From: a virus
Taxonomy: Duplodnaviria; Caudoviricetes
IMG/VR virus record: IMGVR_UViG_3300025875_000590
Coordinates: 1 to 64,000 of that record
DNA: 64,000 bases
Strand: one strand, 5' to 3'
Within the stretch, counting starts at the first letter, position 1. Every line of letters starts with the position of its first letter. The notes under the pieces are model-generated. The model ran no database searches, had not been told where the DNA came from, and saw only the letters and a program-made list of their open reading frames with translations. The translations under genes and the position numbers were made by a program. Positions 17,207 to 27,377 of the stretch are shown here, piece after piece.

Positions 17207-18193
17207 TCAGCTGGCGGCGATGTAGCTGGCCGTCCCCTCGGCGAACCCGTTCTTCAGGAACTTGCGGGCGGTCCAGCGGGACTGGATCAGCAGGGCCCCG
17301 TTGCCGTCGATGAACAACCCGAAGCCCCCGTACTCGACCTGGTTGGTGTTCAGGACGGCGACCGAGGACGGCCGGACGCGGGCCGGCAGACCTCCGCCGA
17401 CCACGAACGCCTGCCAGGCCGCGAAGTTGACGTCGGCACCGGTGCGGGTGAGCGCGAAGTCGACGGTGACCGACCGGCCGACCTGCTGCGCGTAGACGCT
17501 TCCTCCCCAGCCTGCGCTGATGCCGGCGTTCACCACGGGAGACACGATGGTGACCCACCGGGCACCGTCCCACCGCTGCAGGCCGAGCGTGGGGTGGTCG
17601 CGGTACCGGTAGCCGTCGTTGCCGGGGGTGGTGTCGCCGTCCTCGATGGGCAGGATCCCGCCGCGAGGCACGGTGAACTGGCGCAGACCGGTGAGGGACA
17701 CGGTCCCGTTGGGGTCGACGGAGCCGCGTCGCAGGACCGCCGTCGCGCCGGTGGTGGGCATGGCCGGCTCGACGGCGGCGGCGAGCGTGCCGGCACCGTC
17801 GCCGAGCAGTACCTCCAGGTCCCAGGTGTCGTCGGCGTCGCCGCCGGTGACCTGGTCGTGGACGTGGGCGATGACGATGAACCGCCGGTAGGTGGTGGCC
17901 GAGGCCGCCGGGACGGCCCGGAACTCCGGGGCGTCCCAGGTGACGGTGTAGGGCCCCTGGGTGCCGTTGACACGGCCGTCGCAGACGGCCTGCCCGGCGG
18001 CGATGTTGATCCCGCCGTTGGTCGCGGTGACCACGGCGGGACCGCCGGGCCCGGGGACGATGCCGGAGCGGGGCCGCAGACCGCTGGTGCCGGGCGTCCA
18101 GAGGGCACCCTGGTTGAGCCGGTGGTCCTCGGCAGGCAGCTCATAGGGGTCGGCCTCCAGGCCCTGCAGGTAGGAGACAGCGCGCTTGGTCAT
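17207..18193 (-). CDS. Minor tail protein
   Basis: ATG 18193; position in tail cluster; beta-rich with variable C-terminus. Confidence 0.7.
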   Translation of the reverse strand: MTKRAVSYLQGLEADPYELPAEDHRLNQGALWTPGTSGLRPRSGIVPGPGGPAVVTATNGGINIAAGQAVCDGRVNGTQGPYTVTWDAPEFRAVPAASATTYRRFIVIAHVHDQVTGGDADDTWDLEVLLGDGAGTLAAAVEPAMPTTGATAVLRRGSVDPNGTVSLTGLRQFTVPRGGILPIEDGDTTPGNDGYRYRDHPTLGLQRWDGARWVTIVSPVVNAGISAGWGGSVYAQQVGRSVTVDFALTRTGADVNFAAWQAFVVGGGLPARVRPSSVAVLNTNQVEYGGFGLFIDGNGALLIQSRWTARKFLKNGFAEGTASYIAAS

Positions 18194-18200
18194 CTGGGGC

Positions 18201-19145
18201 TCACTTCCAGCGGGGACGGAACTCGATGCGGGCACGGGCCGCGGGGTTGTAGGCGCCGGCCTCGAAGCGCAGGTCGTTGACGCCCTTGGCGAGCGCCCAG
18301 AAGCGCGAGCGAGGGGCCTTCGACCGGTAGGAGGACACGCCGTTGATGCGCACGGTGCGCAGGTCCATGTCGATGACGGCCTGCTCGCCCTGCCGCAGGT
18401 CGCGGGCCAGGGTGAACGCCTGACCGGTGGTGACGTTGCTGATGGTCGGGGAGGGGACCGGGCCGTCGATGAGGACGCGAGGGGCGATCGGCAGCTTCCC
18501 GATGTTGTCCACGGCGGCTCGACCGCCGAGGGTGGGTGCGACACCACCGTGGTCCAGGGGATGGGTCATCGGGTGGGTGGCGCCGCGGACGGTGCTGGGA
18601 TCGCGGAGCACCATCGGCACCGACTCCAAGCCGGCGATGCCGGCGGCGTACTTGAACGGGTCAGCGGCGGTGACCACGAAGCTGAAGGTGCGTGCGCGGG
18701 TCTGCCCGGGCACGGGGTCGATCGACACCTCGCTCGAGGGCCGGACGGTGAGCTGCTTCGGGATGCGCTCGGTGACCGACAGCAGCGTGTCCACCGAGGG
18801 GTGCAGGCAGTCCTGCAGCCGCTCCGCGGTCTCCTCGAGGGCGTCAATGCCGCCGGAGCAGACGCGGAACGCGCCGCTGATCTCCACGACACGAGGCCGG
18901 TAGGCGCCGCGCCCGAACCACGCCCCGTCGGTGGGCTTGTCCTCCAGCCCGAGCTCCACGGGCGGAGACCGGTACCAGCCGGCGGGGTCGCGGATGATCC
19001 ACTCGACGCCGTAGCCGTCGCGGCCGTTGAACGACAGGTCCGGGGCGTCGAAGGCGCCGAGGGACCAGGTGCGCGACGAGGTGGGCACGAACGGCCCGGC
19101 CACCGGCTGCCCGGGGCGCTCGGGGAGGACGAGGGGGGCGGTCAT
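18201..19145 (-). CDS. Distal tail (Dit)-like protein
   Basis: Directly after tape measure; GWYRSP...DGAW...PRVVEISG...AADPFKY. Confidence 0.75.
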   Translation of the reverse strand: MTAPLVLPERPGQPVAGPFVPTSSRTWSLGAFDAPDLSFNGRDGYGVEWIIRDPAGWYRSPPVELGLEDKPTDGAWFGRGAYRPRVVEISGAFRVCSGGIDALEETAERLQDCLHPSVDTLLSVTERIPKQLTVRPSSEVSIDPVPGQTRARTFSFVVTAADPFKYAAGIAGLESVPMVLRDPSTVRGATHPMTHPLDHGGVAPTLGGRAAVDNIGKLPIAPRVLIDGPVPSPTISNVTTGQAFTLARDLRQGEQAVIDMDLRTVRINGVSSYRSKAPRSRFWALAKGVNDLRFEAGAYNPAARARIEFRPRWK

Positions 19146-22100
19146 GCGGCAGCTCCTGAATAGCGGGAGGACACGCCGTTGCGCACGTCGCGGACGACGC
19201 GCGTCCCGACGACCGCCCCGACCTCCTCGGCGGTCTGGGTGTCGCGGACGGTGTAGTACTGGCGCGCGTCGATGTAGCCTTCCCCGCCGAGGCCGGTCCG
19301 CTTCATGAGCTGGTCGCGGCGGCGGGCCCGGCCGGAGGACAGCGGGACGACGGCCTCGGGGCCGGCCTCACCGATGATGGCCAGCGTCGCCCGGGTGACG
19401 ATCGCGCCGTTGGCCAGCCGCGGGATGCGCGGGATGTCCGGCGGGTTGACCTTGATGCCGGCGACCTCGAAGGTCAGCAGGTTGTTGACCCGGTCGATGA
19501 CCTGACTGTTCACGAAGCCGATCACCGAGTTGACGATGTTGCGGCCGACGTTGCCGACGAACCCGGCGGCGGACTCGATGCCGTTCACGAGCCCGCGCAT
19601 GAGGTCCCCGCCGAGGCCGATCAGCAGGGAGCCGAGCCCGGAGAGGGCGCCGGTGATCCGGCCGGGGAGCCCGGTCACGAAGCCGAGCACGTTGTCGATC
19701 CCGCCGGAGACGGCGTCGCGCGCCCACCGCCAGGCGGTGCCGAACACGTCGCCGAGCATGGAGCCCAGGTTGCGCAGGCCATCCATCGCCCGGCCGGGCA
19801 GACGGGTCACAAAGTCGATCAAGCCGTCGATCCCGCGGCCGACGGTGTCACGCGCCCACCGCCAGGCCGACGAGAACAGGTCGGCCAGCATCGAGCCCAG
19901 GCCGGACAGGGCGGACCAGGCGCGGCCGGGGAGCCCGGTCACGAAGTCCACGATCCAGTCGATGCCGCGGCCGACCGCCTCGGAGGCGGCGGTCCAGGCG
20001 TCGATCGTGAACTGCTTGATCTCGTCCCAGTACTTGACGACCAAGATCACGATGCCGACGATCGCGGCGACCGCGATGGCGATCGGTCCCATAGCGATCA
20101 GCCACGCGGCGGCCATGCGGGCGGCCTGCAGCGTGGCCTGCGCACCCATGACGACCCAGGAGGCGACAACGGAGGCGGCGGTGATCGCGGCCTGCACGAC
20201 CATCCGGGCGCCCTGGACAACGAACTGCGCGGCCTGCGTCGCCAGGGAGGCGGTGGTGCGCGCGGCGGAGGCGACCCACGCGCCGGCGGTCTTGGCCGCC
20301 TCGGTGGCGGCGGCGGCGGACATGCGGCCCCAGTGGGCGATGAGCCGCCCGCCGTCGGCGATCGCGGTGCCGACCTTCGACCCGGTGCTGGAGATGGCCG
20401 AGCCGACCCGGGACAGCTTGTCCGGGAGGCCCTTCGCGGTCTCCACGGCCGAGGCGAGCTTCTCCCGGTACTCCCCCAGGCGAGGCCCGTACTCGACCAG
20501 CTTGTCGCCGAACGCGGCGACCTTGTCCACCGCCCCCGAGGTGACGCCGGTGAACGACTTCAGGCCCTCGGAGAACCGCGACACGGCACCACCGGCCGAT
20601 GAGGCGGCCTGCAGGCCGATGAAGGCGGTGATGAGCCCGACGAGCACATCCGGGGGGATGGAGGCCAGGACGTCGGACAACTGCACGAGCGCGTCCAGGA
20701 CCGGGGAGGTGGCCCCAGCCCCGCCCTCGAGCAGGTTGCCCACCAGGTCGGCGAGGTTGCCCAGGATCTCCTGCACCTTCGGCCAGTTGTCCTGGACGTA
20801 GGCGATGAAGTTCTTGAACCCCTCGGAGTCCTTGAGCTCCTTGCCCCAGGTGGCGAACCGGTCGGTGAGCGACAGCAGCCCGCCGTTGACGTCCTCCTGC
20901 ATGGGCGCGAAGGCCATGAGGATGCCGGCGAGCCCCTCGACCACGTCGAGGACGGCCCCAGCGACGGTCTCGAACGCCGGCCCGGCGGTGGTCTCGAGCA
21001 TGGTGAAGAAGTCCGACCAGAACGGGGAGTTCAGCCGCTCCCCGAGCTCGCGGAACACGTTGCCGACGGTGGTGCCCAGCGACCCCAGGAACCGCTCGAA
21101 CCGGGGCATCAGCGGCAGGATCGCGTCGAAGCCGGCCTCGACGCCGGGCAGCAGCCCAGCGGCGGCGGAGGCCTTCAGCCGGTCGAACGCCGGGCGCATG
21201 GTGCTGTCGAAGTACTCGGCGAACCGGCGGGTCGCGGGGTCGACCTTGGCCAGCTCGTCATCGATGGCGCCGAGCCCGGAGGCCCCGGCCGCGCCGGCAG
21301 CAGCACCCGCGGCGCCGGCGGCGGCGAGGGCGGCGGTGGCCTGCTCGATGGAGAACTTCGCCTGCCGGGCCTGGGTCGCCTGCTCGCGGAGGGCGTCGGT
21401 GATGGCGTCCTGGGCGTCGGCGATCTTGGCCGCGCCCTCGGCCTGGGCGCGAGCGACGTCGTTGGCGCCCTTGATCCGGGCGGCTTCCAGGGCTGCGTCG
21501 GCGTCGGCGACGGCCTGCCGGTCATCAGCAGCCCGGGCTTCGGCGTCAGCGAGGCGCTGCCGGGCGGAGACGACCTCGTCGGCCCCGTCGACGCCGGTGG
21601 CGTTGGCCTCGGCCTGCTGGGCGGCCAGCCGGTCGCCGGTGAGCTTCAGCTCCCGCTGCTGCTGCAGCTGCTCCTCGTAGGCCAGCTGCGCGGCGTCGCG
21701 CATCTCGTCGGTGGCGTGCCGGTTGCGCTGCACCTTCTGCAGCGCCTCGTAGGCGTCGGCGACGGAGGCGACCGAGCGGCGCTGCGCGAGGGCGTTGGAG
21801 GCGACCGAGTTGGACAGGTCCTCGAAGCGGCGCTGCGCGGCCAGGATCGCGTCGTTGACCGACTCCTGGGCGCGGGCGACGTCGAGCAGGCTGTCGGTGA
21901 GGGAGTCCTGCGCGGAGGACTGCCGGCGCAGCGCGGTCTGGATGGAGGCAGCCGCCGCCTCCCGAGCGCGGGTCTCCTTGTCCGCGGCGGCGAGACGAGC
22001 CTCGGTGAGGGCCTCCTCGGCGTCGGCGACCCGCTCGGCGGCCTTGATCGCGGCGTCGGCGGCGTTGGCCTGCGTGTTGGCCAGGGAGCGGGTGGCCTGC

Positions 22101-22966
22101 TCGACGGCCCCGGCGTTGGAGACCTGCGACCCGGCGGACTTCCCGGTCTGTGTGGCGAGGGCGGCCTGCCGCTGGTCGAGCAGCTTGACGGCGTTCCCGA
22201 CGCCGGCGAACCCGAGCAGCATGGCGCCGAGCCCGGCGGCGGCGCCGACCGCGAGCGGGCCGACCATGCCGATGCCGGCGACCGCGGCGGCGCCGATGGC
22301 CAGCAGCGCCGGGGAGACGGCGATCGCGGCGGCGGCGAGCACTCCGAGGCTGCCGCCGGCCCCGGACGCCGAGCCGGGGATGCGGTCGATCGATGAGGTG
22401 TCGGCGCGGACGTTGACGTCGGCGGTGGACCCGTCGATGTCCGAGACCAGCGAGGTGACGGCGGCCAGCTCCGCGGCGGCGGAGGCGGCGTCGACGCGGA
22501 TGGCGACGTCGACGTCGGAGGCGGCCAGCTGCGCCAGCTCGGCCTGCATGATGTCCAGCTCGGACAGGGCGGCGGTGGTGGACACGTCCACGCCGATGCG
22601 CGCGCTGGAGAGAGAGTTCAGGCGCTCGCGGATGGAGGCCAGCGCGTAGTCGGCCTCGGTGGCGTCGGCCTGGACGGTGACCTCGGGCAGGTTGCCCAGG
22701 GCGGCGACCAGCCGCTTGTTGAGCGCCGCGGCCATCTTGCCGCCGGCGCGCTCGGTGGAGCGGGTGACGCTGTCCTCGACGGCGGGGCCGAGCCCGTCCA
22801 GGCCGCGCGCCGCGGCGTCGGCGAGCTCGTCATCGAGGGTCTCGCCCATCGCCCGGGCGGCGTCGGCGAGGGCCTTCTCGGCTTCCTCGGAGAGGTCCCG
22901 GCCGACGTTGCGGGCATCGGCGGTGACGGCGATGTACGCCTCACCGAGCTTCCGACCAGCCTCCAC
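19142..22966 (-). CDS. Tape measure protein (1274 aa)
   Basis: Long Ala-rich helical protein with Trp-spaced repeats; GEAGPEAVVPL near C-terminus. Confidence 0.9.
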   Translation of the reverse strand: MEAGRKLGEAYIAVTADARNVGRDLSEEAEKALADAARAMGETLDDELADAAARGLDGLGPAVEDSVTRSTERAGGKMAAALNKRLVAALGNLPEVTVQADATEADYALASIRERLNSLSSARIGVDVSTTAALSELDIMQAELAQLAASDVDVAIRVDAASAAAELAAVTSLVSDIDGSTADVNVRADTSSIDRIPGSASGAGGSLGVLAAAAIAVSPALLAIGAAAVAGIGMVGPLAVGAAAGLGAMLLGFAGVGNAVKLLDQRQAALATQTGKSAGSQVSNAGAVEQATRSLANTQANAADAAIKAAERVADAEEALTEARLAAADKETRAREAAAASIQTALRRQSSAQDSLTDSLLDVARAQESVNDAILAAQRRFEDLSNSVASNALAQRRSVASVADAYEALQKVQRNRHATDEMRDAAQLAYEEQLQQQRELKLTGDRLAAQQAEANATGVDGADEVVSARQRLADAEARAADDRQAVADADAALEAARIKGANDVARAQAEGAAKIADAQDAITDALREQATQARQAKFSIEQATAALAAAGAAGAAAGAAGASGLGAIDDELAKVDPATRRFAEYFDSTMRPAFDRLKASAAAGLLPGVEAGFDAILPLMPRFERFLGSLGTTVGNVFRELGERLNSPFWSDFFTMLETTAGPAFETVAGAVLDVVEGLAGILMAFAPMQEDVNGGLLSLTDRFATWGKELKDSEGFKNFIAYVQDNWPKVQEILGNLADLVGNLLEGGAGATSPVLDALVQLSDVLASIPPDVLVGLITAFIGLQAASSAGGAVSRFSEGLKSFTGVTSGAVDKVAAFGDKLVEYGPRLGEYREKLASAVETAKGLPDKLSRVGSAISSTGSKVGTAIADGGRLIAHWGRMSAAAATEAAKTAGAWVASAARTTASLATQAAQFVVQGARMVVQAAITAASVVASWVVMGAQATLQAARMAAAWLIAMGPIAIAVAAIVGIVILVVKYWDEIKQFTIDAWTAASEAVGRGIDWIVDFVTGLPGRAWSALSGLGSMLADLFSSAWRWARDTVGRGIDGLIDFVTRLPGRAMDGLRNLGSMLGDVFGTAWRWARDAVSGGIDNVLGFVTGLPGRITGALSGLGSLLIGLGGDLMRGLVNGIESAAGFVGNVGRNIVNSVIGFVNSQVIDRVNNLLTFEVAGIKVNPPDIPRIPRLANGAIVTRATLAIIGEAGPEAVVPLSSGRARRRDQLMKRTGLGGEGYIDARQYYTVRDTQTAEEVGAVVGTRVVRDVRNGVSSRYSGAAA

Positions 22967-23070
22967 GAACCTGCGCCCCTAGAACGATGGGGCGCTCGGT
23001 CCAGAACCAGCAGCGCAGCACTCAGGTTAGCGGGCGGGCCGGGGGGCAGCCGGTCAGGCGCGCACGCCGC

Positions 23071-23652
23071 TCACCCGCCCGTGGGGGCGGCCATCTGCGC
23101 GGCGAGCGCGAGCCACCCGTCCTCCTCGCCCTCGATCGGGCTGTCGTCGTCGGGGTCGACGTCGGCCGGCGGCAGCGGAGGGGAGGCCAGCTCGGCGTCC
23201 AGGCGGGCCACGTCCTCCTTCTTGGCGTGCTGGGTGAGCCGGAGGTACACCCACGCGCACAGCTCGTCCAGCGGCCAGTCCAGAGGGTCGCCGAGGCCGC
23301 GGTCGCGGGCGACGGCGATGAAGGTGTCCCAGCCGTCGACCATGGTGGCCACGAGCATGGTGGCCTGCCACCACGGGCGGCCGGCGGCCTGGGCGAGCAG
23401 GCCCTGCCCGATGCGGTGCAGCAGCGCCGGGTCGAGGTCCTCGTCGGGGTCCAGGGCGGTGTCCCACAGCTCTTCGGCGACGTCGTCGGGGAGGACCTCG
23501 AGCAGCAGGTCGGCGGGCTCGTCGGAGAGGATGGCCAGCACCCACACCCGGGCGGGGTGCTCGGCCACCTCGAACAGCCGGCCGTCGATGCGGAAGGCAA
23601 GCGGGTCCAGCCGCCGGTCGCGCCAGGCGTCCAGACGCGACCGGGCGCTCAC
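23071..23652 (-). CDS. Tail assembly chaperone, downstream part
   Basis: Between chaperone and tape measure, in the -1 frame of the upstream gene. Confidence 0.6.
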   Translation of the reverse strand: MSARSRLDAWRDRRLDPLAFRIDGRLFEVAEHPARVWVLAILSDEPADLLLEVLPDDVAEELWDTALDPDEDLDPALLHRIGQGLLAQAAGRPWWQATMLVATMVDGWDTFIAVARDRGLGDPLDWPLDELCAWVYLRLTQHAKKEDVARLDAELASPPLPPADVDPDDDSPIEGEEDGWLALAAQMAAPTGG

Positions 23653-24008
23653 CGGCGCTTGGTGGCCTTTTGCTGCTTGTCGTAGTCCTTCCAGAAGTCG
23701 CCCATGTCGGCCAGGATCGGCATGACGTCCTCGGCGTCGAGGTCGTCGTCGTTGTTGAGCAGGCGGCCCTCGAGGATGGTGCGGCCGGGCTCGAGGACGC
23801 AGTCGCCGAGGAAGTCCAGGGCGAGCTTGATCTTCATGCCGGCGGGGGTGCGGCGGGACTGCACCGGGGCGAGCTGGGCGATGAGGGCGTCCTTGGGCTT
23901 GCTCGCCGACATCTCGACGCCGTCGACCTTGAAGCGGAACAGCGGAGGCGCGTCGGCGCCCTCGGCGGTCTCCTTCGGCTTGGTGGTGTAGTCGCGGATC
24001 TCGGTCAC
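23649..24008 (-). CDS. Tail assembly chaperone
   Basis: GTG 24008; small acidic protein upstream of tape measure. Confidence 0.65.
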   Translation of the reverse strand: MTEIRDYTTKPKETAEGADAPPLFRFKVDGVEMSASKPKDALIAQLAPVQSRRTPAGMKIKLALDFLGDCVLEPGRTILEGRLLNNDDDLDAEDVMPILADMGDFWKDYDKQQKATKRR

Positions 24009-24087
24009 GAGGGGCTCCTGGTGCAGGGGGCGAGCAGACGACAGCACGGTAACCGTCTGCGGTCGGCTGGTGACGCCAGGCACGCGG

Positions 24088-24615
24088 TCAGGCGTTGCGG
24101 TCGATGACCTCCTCCATCGCGCGGCGGAGGAACGGCCGGCCCGCTCGAGCGGCGATCTTCCGGCTGTGGGAGGGCACGGTGTGCGCCAGCTGCGTGCGGG
24201 CGGCCACCTGGTGGGCGGGCACCTCGGTGGCCGGGACGGTGTAGGACTTCCGGCCGTTGCGCGCCGGGACGGTGTACGCCTTCCGGGTGTGCGCCTTGAC
24301 GGTGTGCGCCTTGATCGTCCGGGCCTTCACCTGGTGCGCGGCCACCGTCACGGTCTGCGCGCGCACGCCCTCGTGGACGTCGGCGGCGTACTCGACCGCG
24401 GTGCCGACCCGGCCGATGACGAGCATGCCCTCGGTGCGGGTCGCCGAGGTGATGGAGGACCGGAGGTTGCCGGTGTCGACCGGGCAGTAGAGCACCGCGC
24501 GGTTGCGGATGAGCCGGATCTGCCGGATGACGTGCCGGGTGACGAGCCCGCCAGGCCCGACCAGCTGGGTGCGGAGTTCGGACTGGTTGATGACCAGCCG
24601 GGCCGTGGCGGGCAC
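24088..24615 (-). CDS. HK97 gp10-like neck/tail completion protein with basic insert
   Basis: PVDTGNLRSSI...VEYAADVHEG...GRPFLRRA. Confidence 0.75.
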   Translation of the reverse strand: MPATARLVINQSELRTQLVGPGGLVTRHVIRQIRLIRNRAVLYCPVDTGNLRSSITSATRTEGMLVIGRVGTAVEYAADVHEGVRAQTVTVAAHQVKARTIKAHTVKAHTRKAYTVPARNGRKSYTVPATEVPAHQVAARTQLAHTVPSHSRKIAARAGRPFLRRAMEEVIDRNA

Positions 24616-24619
24616 GGGG

Positions 24620-24886
24620 CTACTCCCCCGCTGGCGTGCCGGCGCGGTGCTCGGCGAGGCGCTGCTGCTTCTCCGCCACCGAGCCCGACGTCGACAGCTC
24701 GGCGGCGGCCAGCGCGGCGTCGAGGGCGGCGCCGCGCAGGAGGGCCTCCTCGCCGTCGTCGTCCAGGACGGTGAGCCGACCGTCGGCGATCGCCGCGTCG
24801 ATCAGCGGCGTGCGGGTGAGGGTCACCTCCTCGTACCAGGCCAGCCCGAGCATCGGGGTCTCGGTGCGCACACGAACATCGGCCAT
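24620..24886 (-). CDS. Small protein with SAP-like C-terminal motif
   Basis: LRGAALDAALAAAELSTSGSVAEKQQRL. Confidence 0.6.
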   Translation of the reverse strand: MADVRVRTETPMLGLAWYEEVTLTRTPLIDAAIADGRLTVLDDDGEEALLRGAALDAALAAAELSTSGSVAEKQQRLAEHRAGTPAGE

Positions 24887-24900
24887 GACAGCTCCCTACC

Positions 24901-25467
24901 TCAGACGACCTGGATGGTCGCGGTGATGAGCCCGCCGACGATGCCGCCGTCGGGCCCGAACGGGGTCCAGGCGCCCAGGACGATGCCCACGTCCTCGGCG
25001 TCGGCGTACCGGTTGAGCAGCGCCTCGCGGAGGATCGCGGCGTCGATCGCGGCGACGCTGGCGGCCTCCTCCTCGTCCTCGATCGGGGGGAGGACCGCGG
25101 CGCCGTCGACCTCGGTGACCACCGGCGCTGGCCGGGCGACGCCGACCTCGATGGTGACCGCCCAGGACATCTCGGCGGTGTGCGGCCCGGCGTCGGGCTC
25201 GGGGAAGTTGCGGGAGGGCACCGAGGACACGAGGCGGACCCACAGCTGCCCGCAGCAGTCCTCGGTGAGGTCGGTGCCGCGGTCCAGGGGCACCTCGACG
25301 CCGGCGACGGCCAGGACGGCGCAGGGGGTCAGGACGGAGGGGTCCCGCTCGTGGAGCTCGTCGTACAGCTCGACGGTGACGTCGCGGACCCGGCCGAGCA
25401 GGGGGGCGGCGACGCCGTCGAGGACGGTGCCGTCGGGGAGGATGCACAGCCCGCTGGCGTAGGTCAC
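24901..25467 (-). CDS. Tail terminator/neck-region protein
   Basis: GTG 25467; DCCGQLWVR motif; position. Confidence 0.55.
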   Translation of the reverse strand: MTYASGLCILPDGTVLDGVAAPLLGRVRDVTVELYDELHERDPSVLTPCAVLAVAGVEVPLDRGTDLTEDCCGQLWVRLVSSVPSRNFPEPDAGPHTAEMSWAVTIEVGVARPAPVVTEVDGAAVLPPIEDEEEAASVAAIDAAILREALLNRYADAEDVGIVLGAWTPFGPDGGIVGGLITATIQVV

Positions 25468-26219
25468 TGGTCGGCCCCGGAGTGGACGGCGAGCACGCGG
25501 TGCTTGGCCGACAGCGGCGACCAGAGGGTGGCGGCCTGCCGGAGCCCGTCGGGGTTGACCGACCGCAGCCACGCGTCAACGGTGGGGACGCCGGTGTAGC
25601 CGGCGTCGGCGAGGTCCTCGGGGGCGGCGAGGGTGACGCTGGTGCCCTGCCGGGTGACGTCGCGGGCGCGGGAAGGCAGCTTGCACTTCGGGTCGACCAC
25701 CATGCCGCGGCCGAGCTCGAGGGCGTAGCGGGCGGCGGCGAGGTTGCCGTCGACGCCGGGGGCGAGGCCGCGGGTGTAGCGGACGGCCCAGCGGGGCGCG
25801 TAGACGTCCTGGGCGACGGGCCAGCCGCCGCCGTCGGTGCGCACGAGGGTCCCGTCGGGGTCCAGGTGCCAGGCGGCGCTGTCGAGGACCTCGGCGTCGA
25901 CCACGACCTGGGAGACGCCGACGACGGGCCCGGGGAGCCGGAACGCGCGGGCGGGGGTGCAGTAGCCGTTGACGGCCATCCCGGCGCCGGCGTTGAGGGC
26001 GACGCCGGTGCGGTGCCCGGTGTACCAGCCGACGCGCGGCGGGGGGATGAACGGGGCGAGGGTGACGTCGAGGGTGCCGAACCGTCGCCCGGACAGCGCC
26101 CACAGGGTGCGGACGGCGACCTGCTGGGCGACCGCCTGCACGTCGGTGGGGAGGGCGTCCCAGCTGGCCCCGAGCAGGTCGGTGCTCGGGGCCCAGCCGG
26201 TGGGCAGCGGGTCGGTCAC
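25464..26219 (-). CDS. Head-to-tail adaptor
   Basis: LWALSGRRFG...CKLPSR...VTRQG...TGVPTVDAW...VNP. Confidence 0.7.
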   Translation of the reverse strand: MTDPLPTGWAPSTDLLGASWDALPTDVQAVAQQVAVRTLWALSGRRFGTLDVTLAPFIPPPRVGWYTGHRTGVALNAGAGMAVNGYCTPARAFRLPGPVVGVSQVVVDAEVLDSAAWHLDPDGTLVRTDGGGWPVAQDVYAPRWAVRYTRGLAPGVDGNLAAARYALELGRGMVVDPKCKLPSRARDVTRQGTSVTLAAPEDLADAGYTGVPTVDAWLRSVNPDGLRQAATLWSPLSAKHRVLAVHSGADQ

Positions 26220-26221
26220 GC

Positions 26222-26908
26222 TCAGGCGGCGAGCGCGACCAGGCCGGAGCTCTCGGCCGGCGGTGCGATCGTGGTCATCTGCAGGTGGAAGTGGTCCTTC
26301 GGCCCGATCGCGGTGAGCAGCGGCCCCGGGGTGATGGTGCCCTCGGCCGCGGAGATGTCGACCACGTCGTAGGGGCCGACGTCCCAGCCCGGGTTCTCCC
26401 GGGTGGAGGACGACAGGCTGAAGCTCGCGGCGCCGTTCTCCAGGCTGAAGTCGCCGATGGTGCCGCCCTTCAGGAACGGCAGCAGGGTGTAGCCGTAGGC
26501 CTTGGCGCCGGCGCACGCCTGCCCGGCGAGGTCGGTCCACACCTCCAGGCCCCACCCGCCGAGCACGGGGACGCCGCCGGAGAGCCGGAAGCCGACGGCG
26601 GCGGCCTTGGCGTCGAGGACGACCTGCTGCCCGGTCATGAGGGAGAACAGGTCGGGGTCGACGCGGGTGAACGCGATCTCGGCGTTCATGCCGGTGAGGG
26701 TGGAGTCGCCGGGCTCGTTGAAGTCGGACTCGCCGGAGCCGTTGGTGACCGCGATCGCGTCGGCGGTCTCGTACTGCGGGGACAGGCCGACGGAGACGAA
26801 GCCCTTGCTGACGCGGGTGGACTTCGGGCCGATGACGGGGACGCCGCACTCGTCCAGCCGGGTGATGCGCATCCGCCGACCGCGGATGGGAGCGAAGGTA
26901 CCGTTCAC
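26222..26908 (-). CDS. Major tail protein
   Basis: IRGRRMRITRLDECG...GFVSV...LEVWT...NPGWDVGPYDV. Confidence 0.8.
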   Translation of the reverse strand: MNGTFAPIRGRRMRITRLDECGVPVIGPKSTRVSKGFVSVGLSPQYETADAIAVTNGSGESDFNEPGDSTLTGMNAEIAFTRVDPDLFSLMTGQQVVLDAKAAAVGFRLSGGVPVLGGWGLEVWTDLAGQACAGAKAYGYTLLPFLKGGTIGDFSLENGAASFSLSSSTRENPGWDVGPYDVVDISAAEGTITPGPLLTAIGPKDHFHLQMTTIAPPAESSGLVALAA

Positions 26909-26919
26909 GGGGGACTCCA

Positions 26920-26978
26920 GGGTGCTCGGGAGCGAGCGCCCGGCCCTCGGCCAGCGGCGGTACAACTTCGGAGGGTAG
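26920..26978 (-). promoter_or_regulatory. Conserved late promoter/5' leader, copy 1
   Basis: 35-nt core 26932-26966 identical to 31820-31854. Confidence 0.75.
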
Positions 26979-27011
26979 TGCAGCGCGCAGGCCCGAGCGG
27001 GGTCGGCGCGC

Positions 27012-27377
27012 TTACCGCCCGGGGGGCATCGGGTGGTCGGTGCCCGGGAACAGCCCGCAGTACCACTCCTCCTCCGCCGGCGGGGGCGCGGCGGGCTGGC
27101 CGTAGGCGGCGAGCGGGTAGCAGTTGTTGCGGACCTTCTCGTGCAGCCACACGGCGCCGTAGGCGGTGAGCGGGGTCCACAGCAGCAGCCCGAGCGCGAG
27201 GACGACGGCGACGTGGTGCAGCCGGGAGCGGGTGCGCTCGGCGGTCTCGTCGGCGGCGCCGGCCAGCCGCTCGGAGAGGTCCCGGGCGACGCGGTCGGCC
27301 TGCAGGGAGTCCGAGAGGCGGGTGACCCGGTCGTGCAGGTCGCGGACGCCCTCGTGCAGCTGCTCGTCCTCCATCAC
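27012..27377 (-). CDS. Membrane protein (coiled coil + 1 TM)
   Basis: Hydrophobic VAVVLALGLLLWTPL segment. Confidence 0.6.
   Translation of the reverse strand: MMEDEQLHEGVRDLHDRVTRLSDSLQADRVARDLSERLAGAADETAERTRSRLHHVAVVLALGLLLWTPLTAYGAVWLHEKVRNNCYPLAAYGQPAAPPPAEEEWYCGLFPGTDHPMPPGR

Noticed and set aside
15549-17573. Long Arg/Pro-rich minus-strand ORFs (also 59136-61316, 50555-52060, 25464-26849 as listed)
   Set aside because: Off-frame read-through extensions; only the short terminal parts have coding character, so starts were reassigned.
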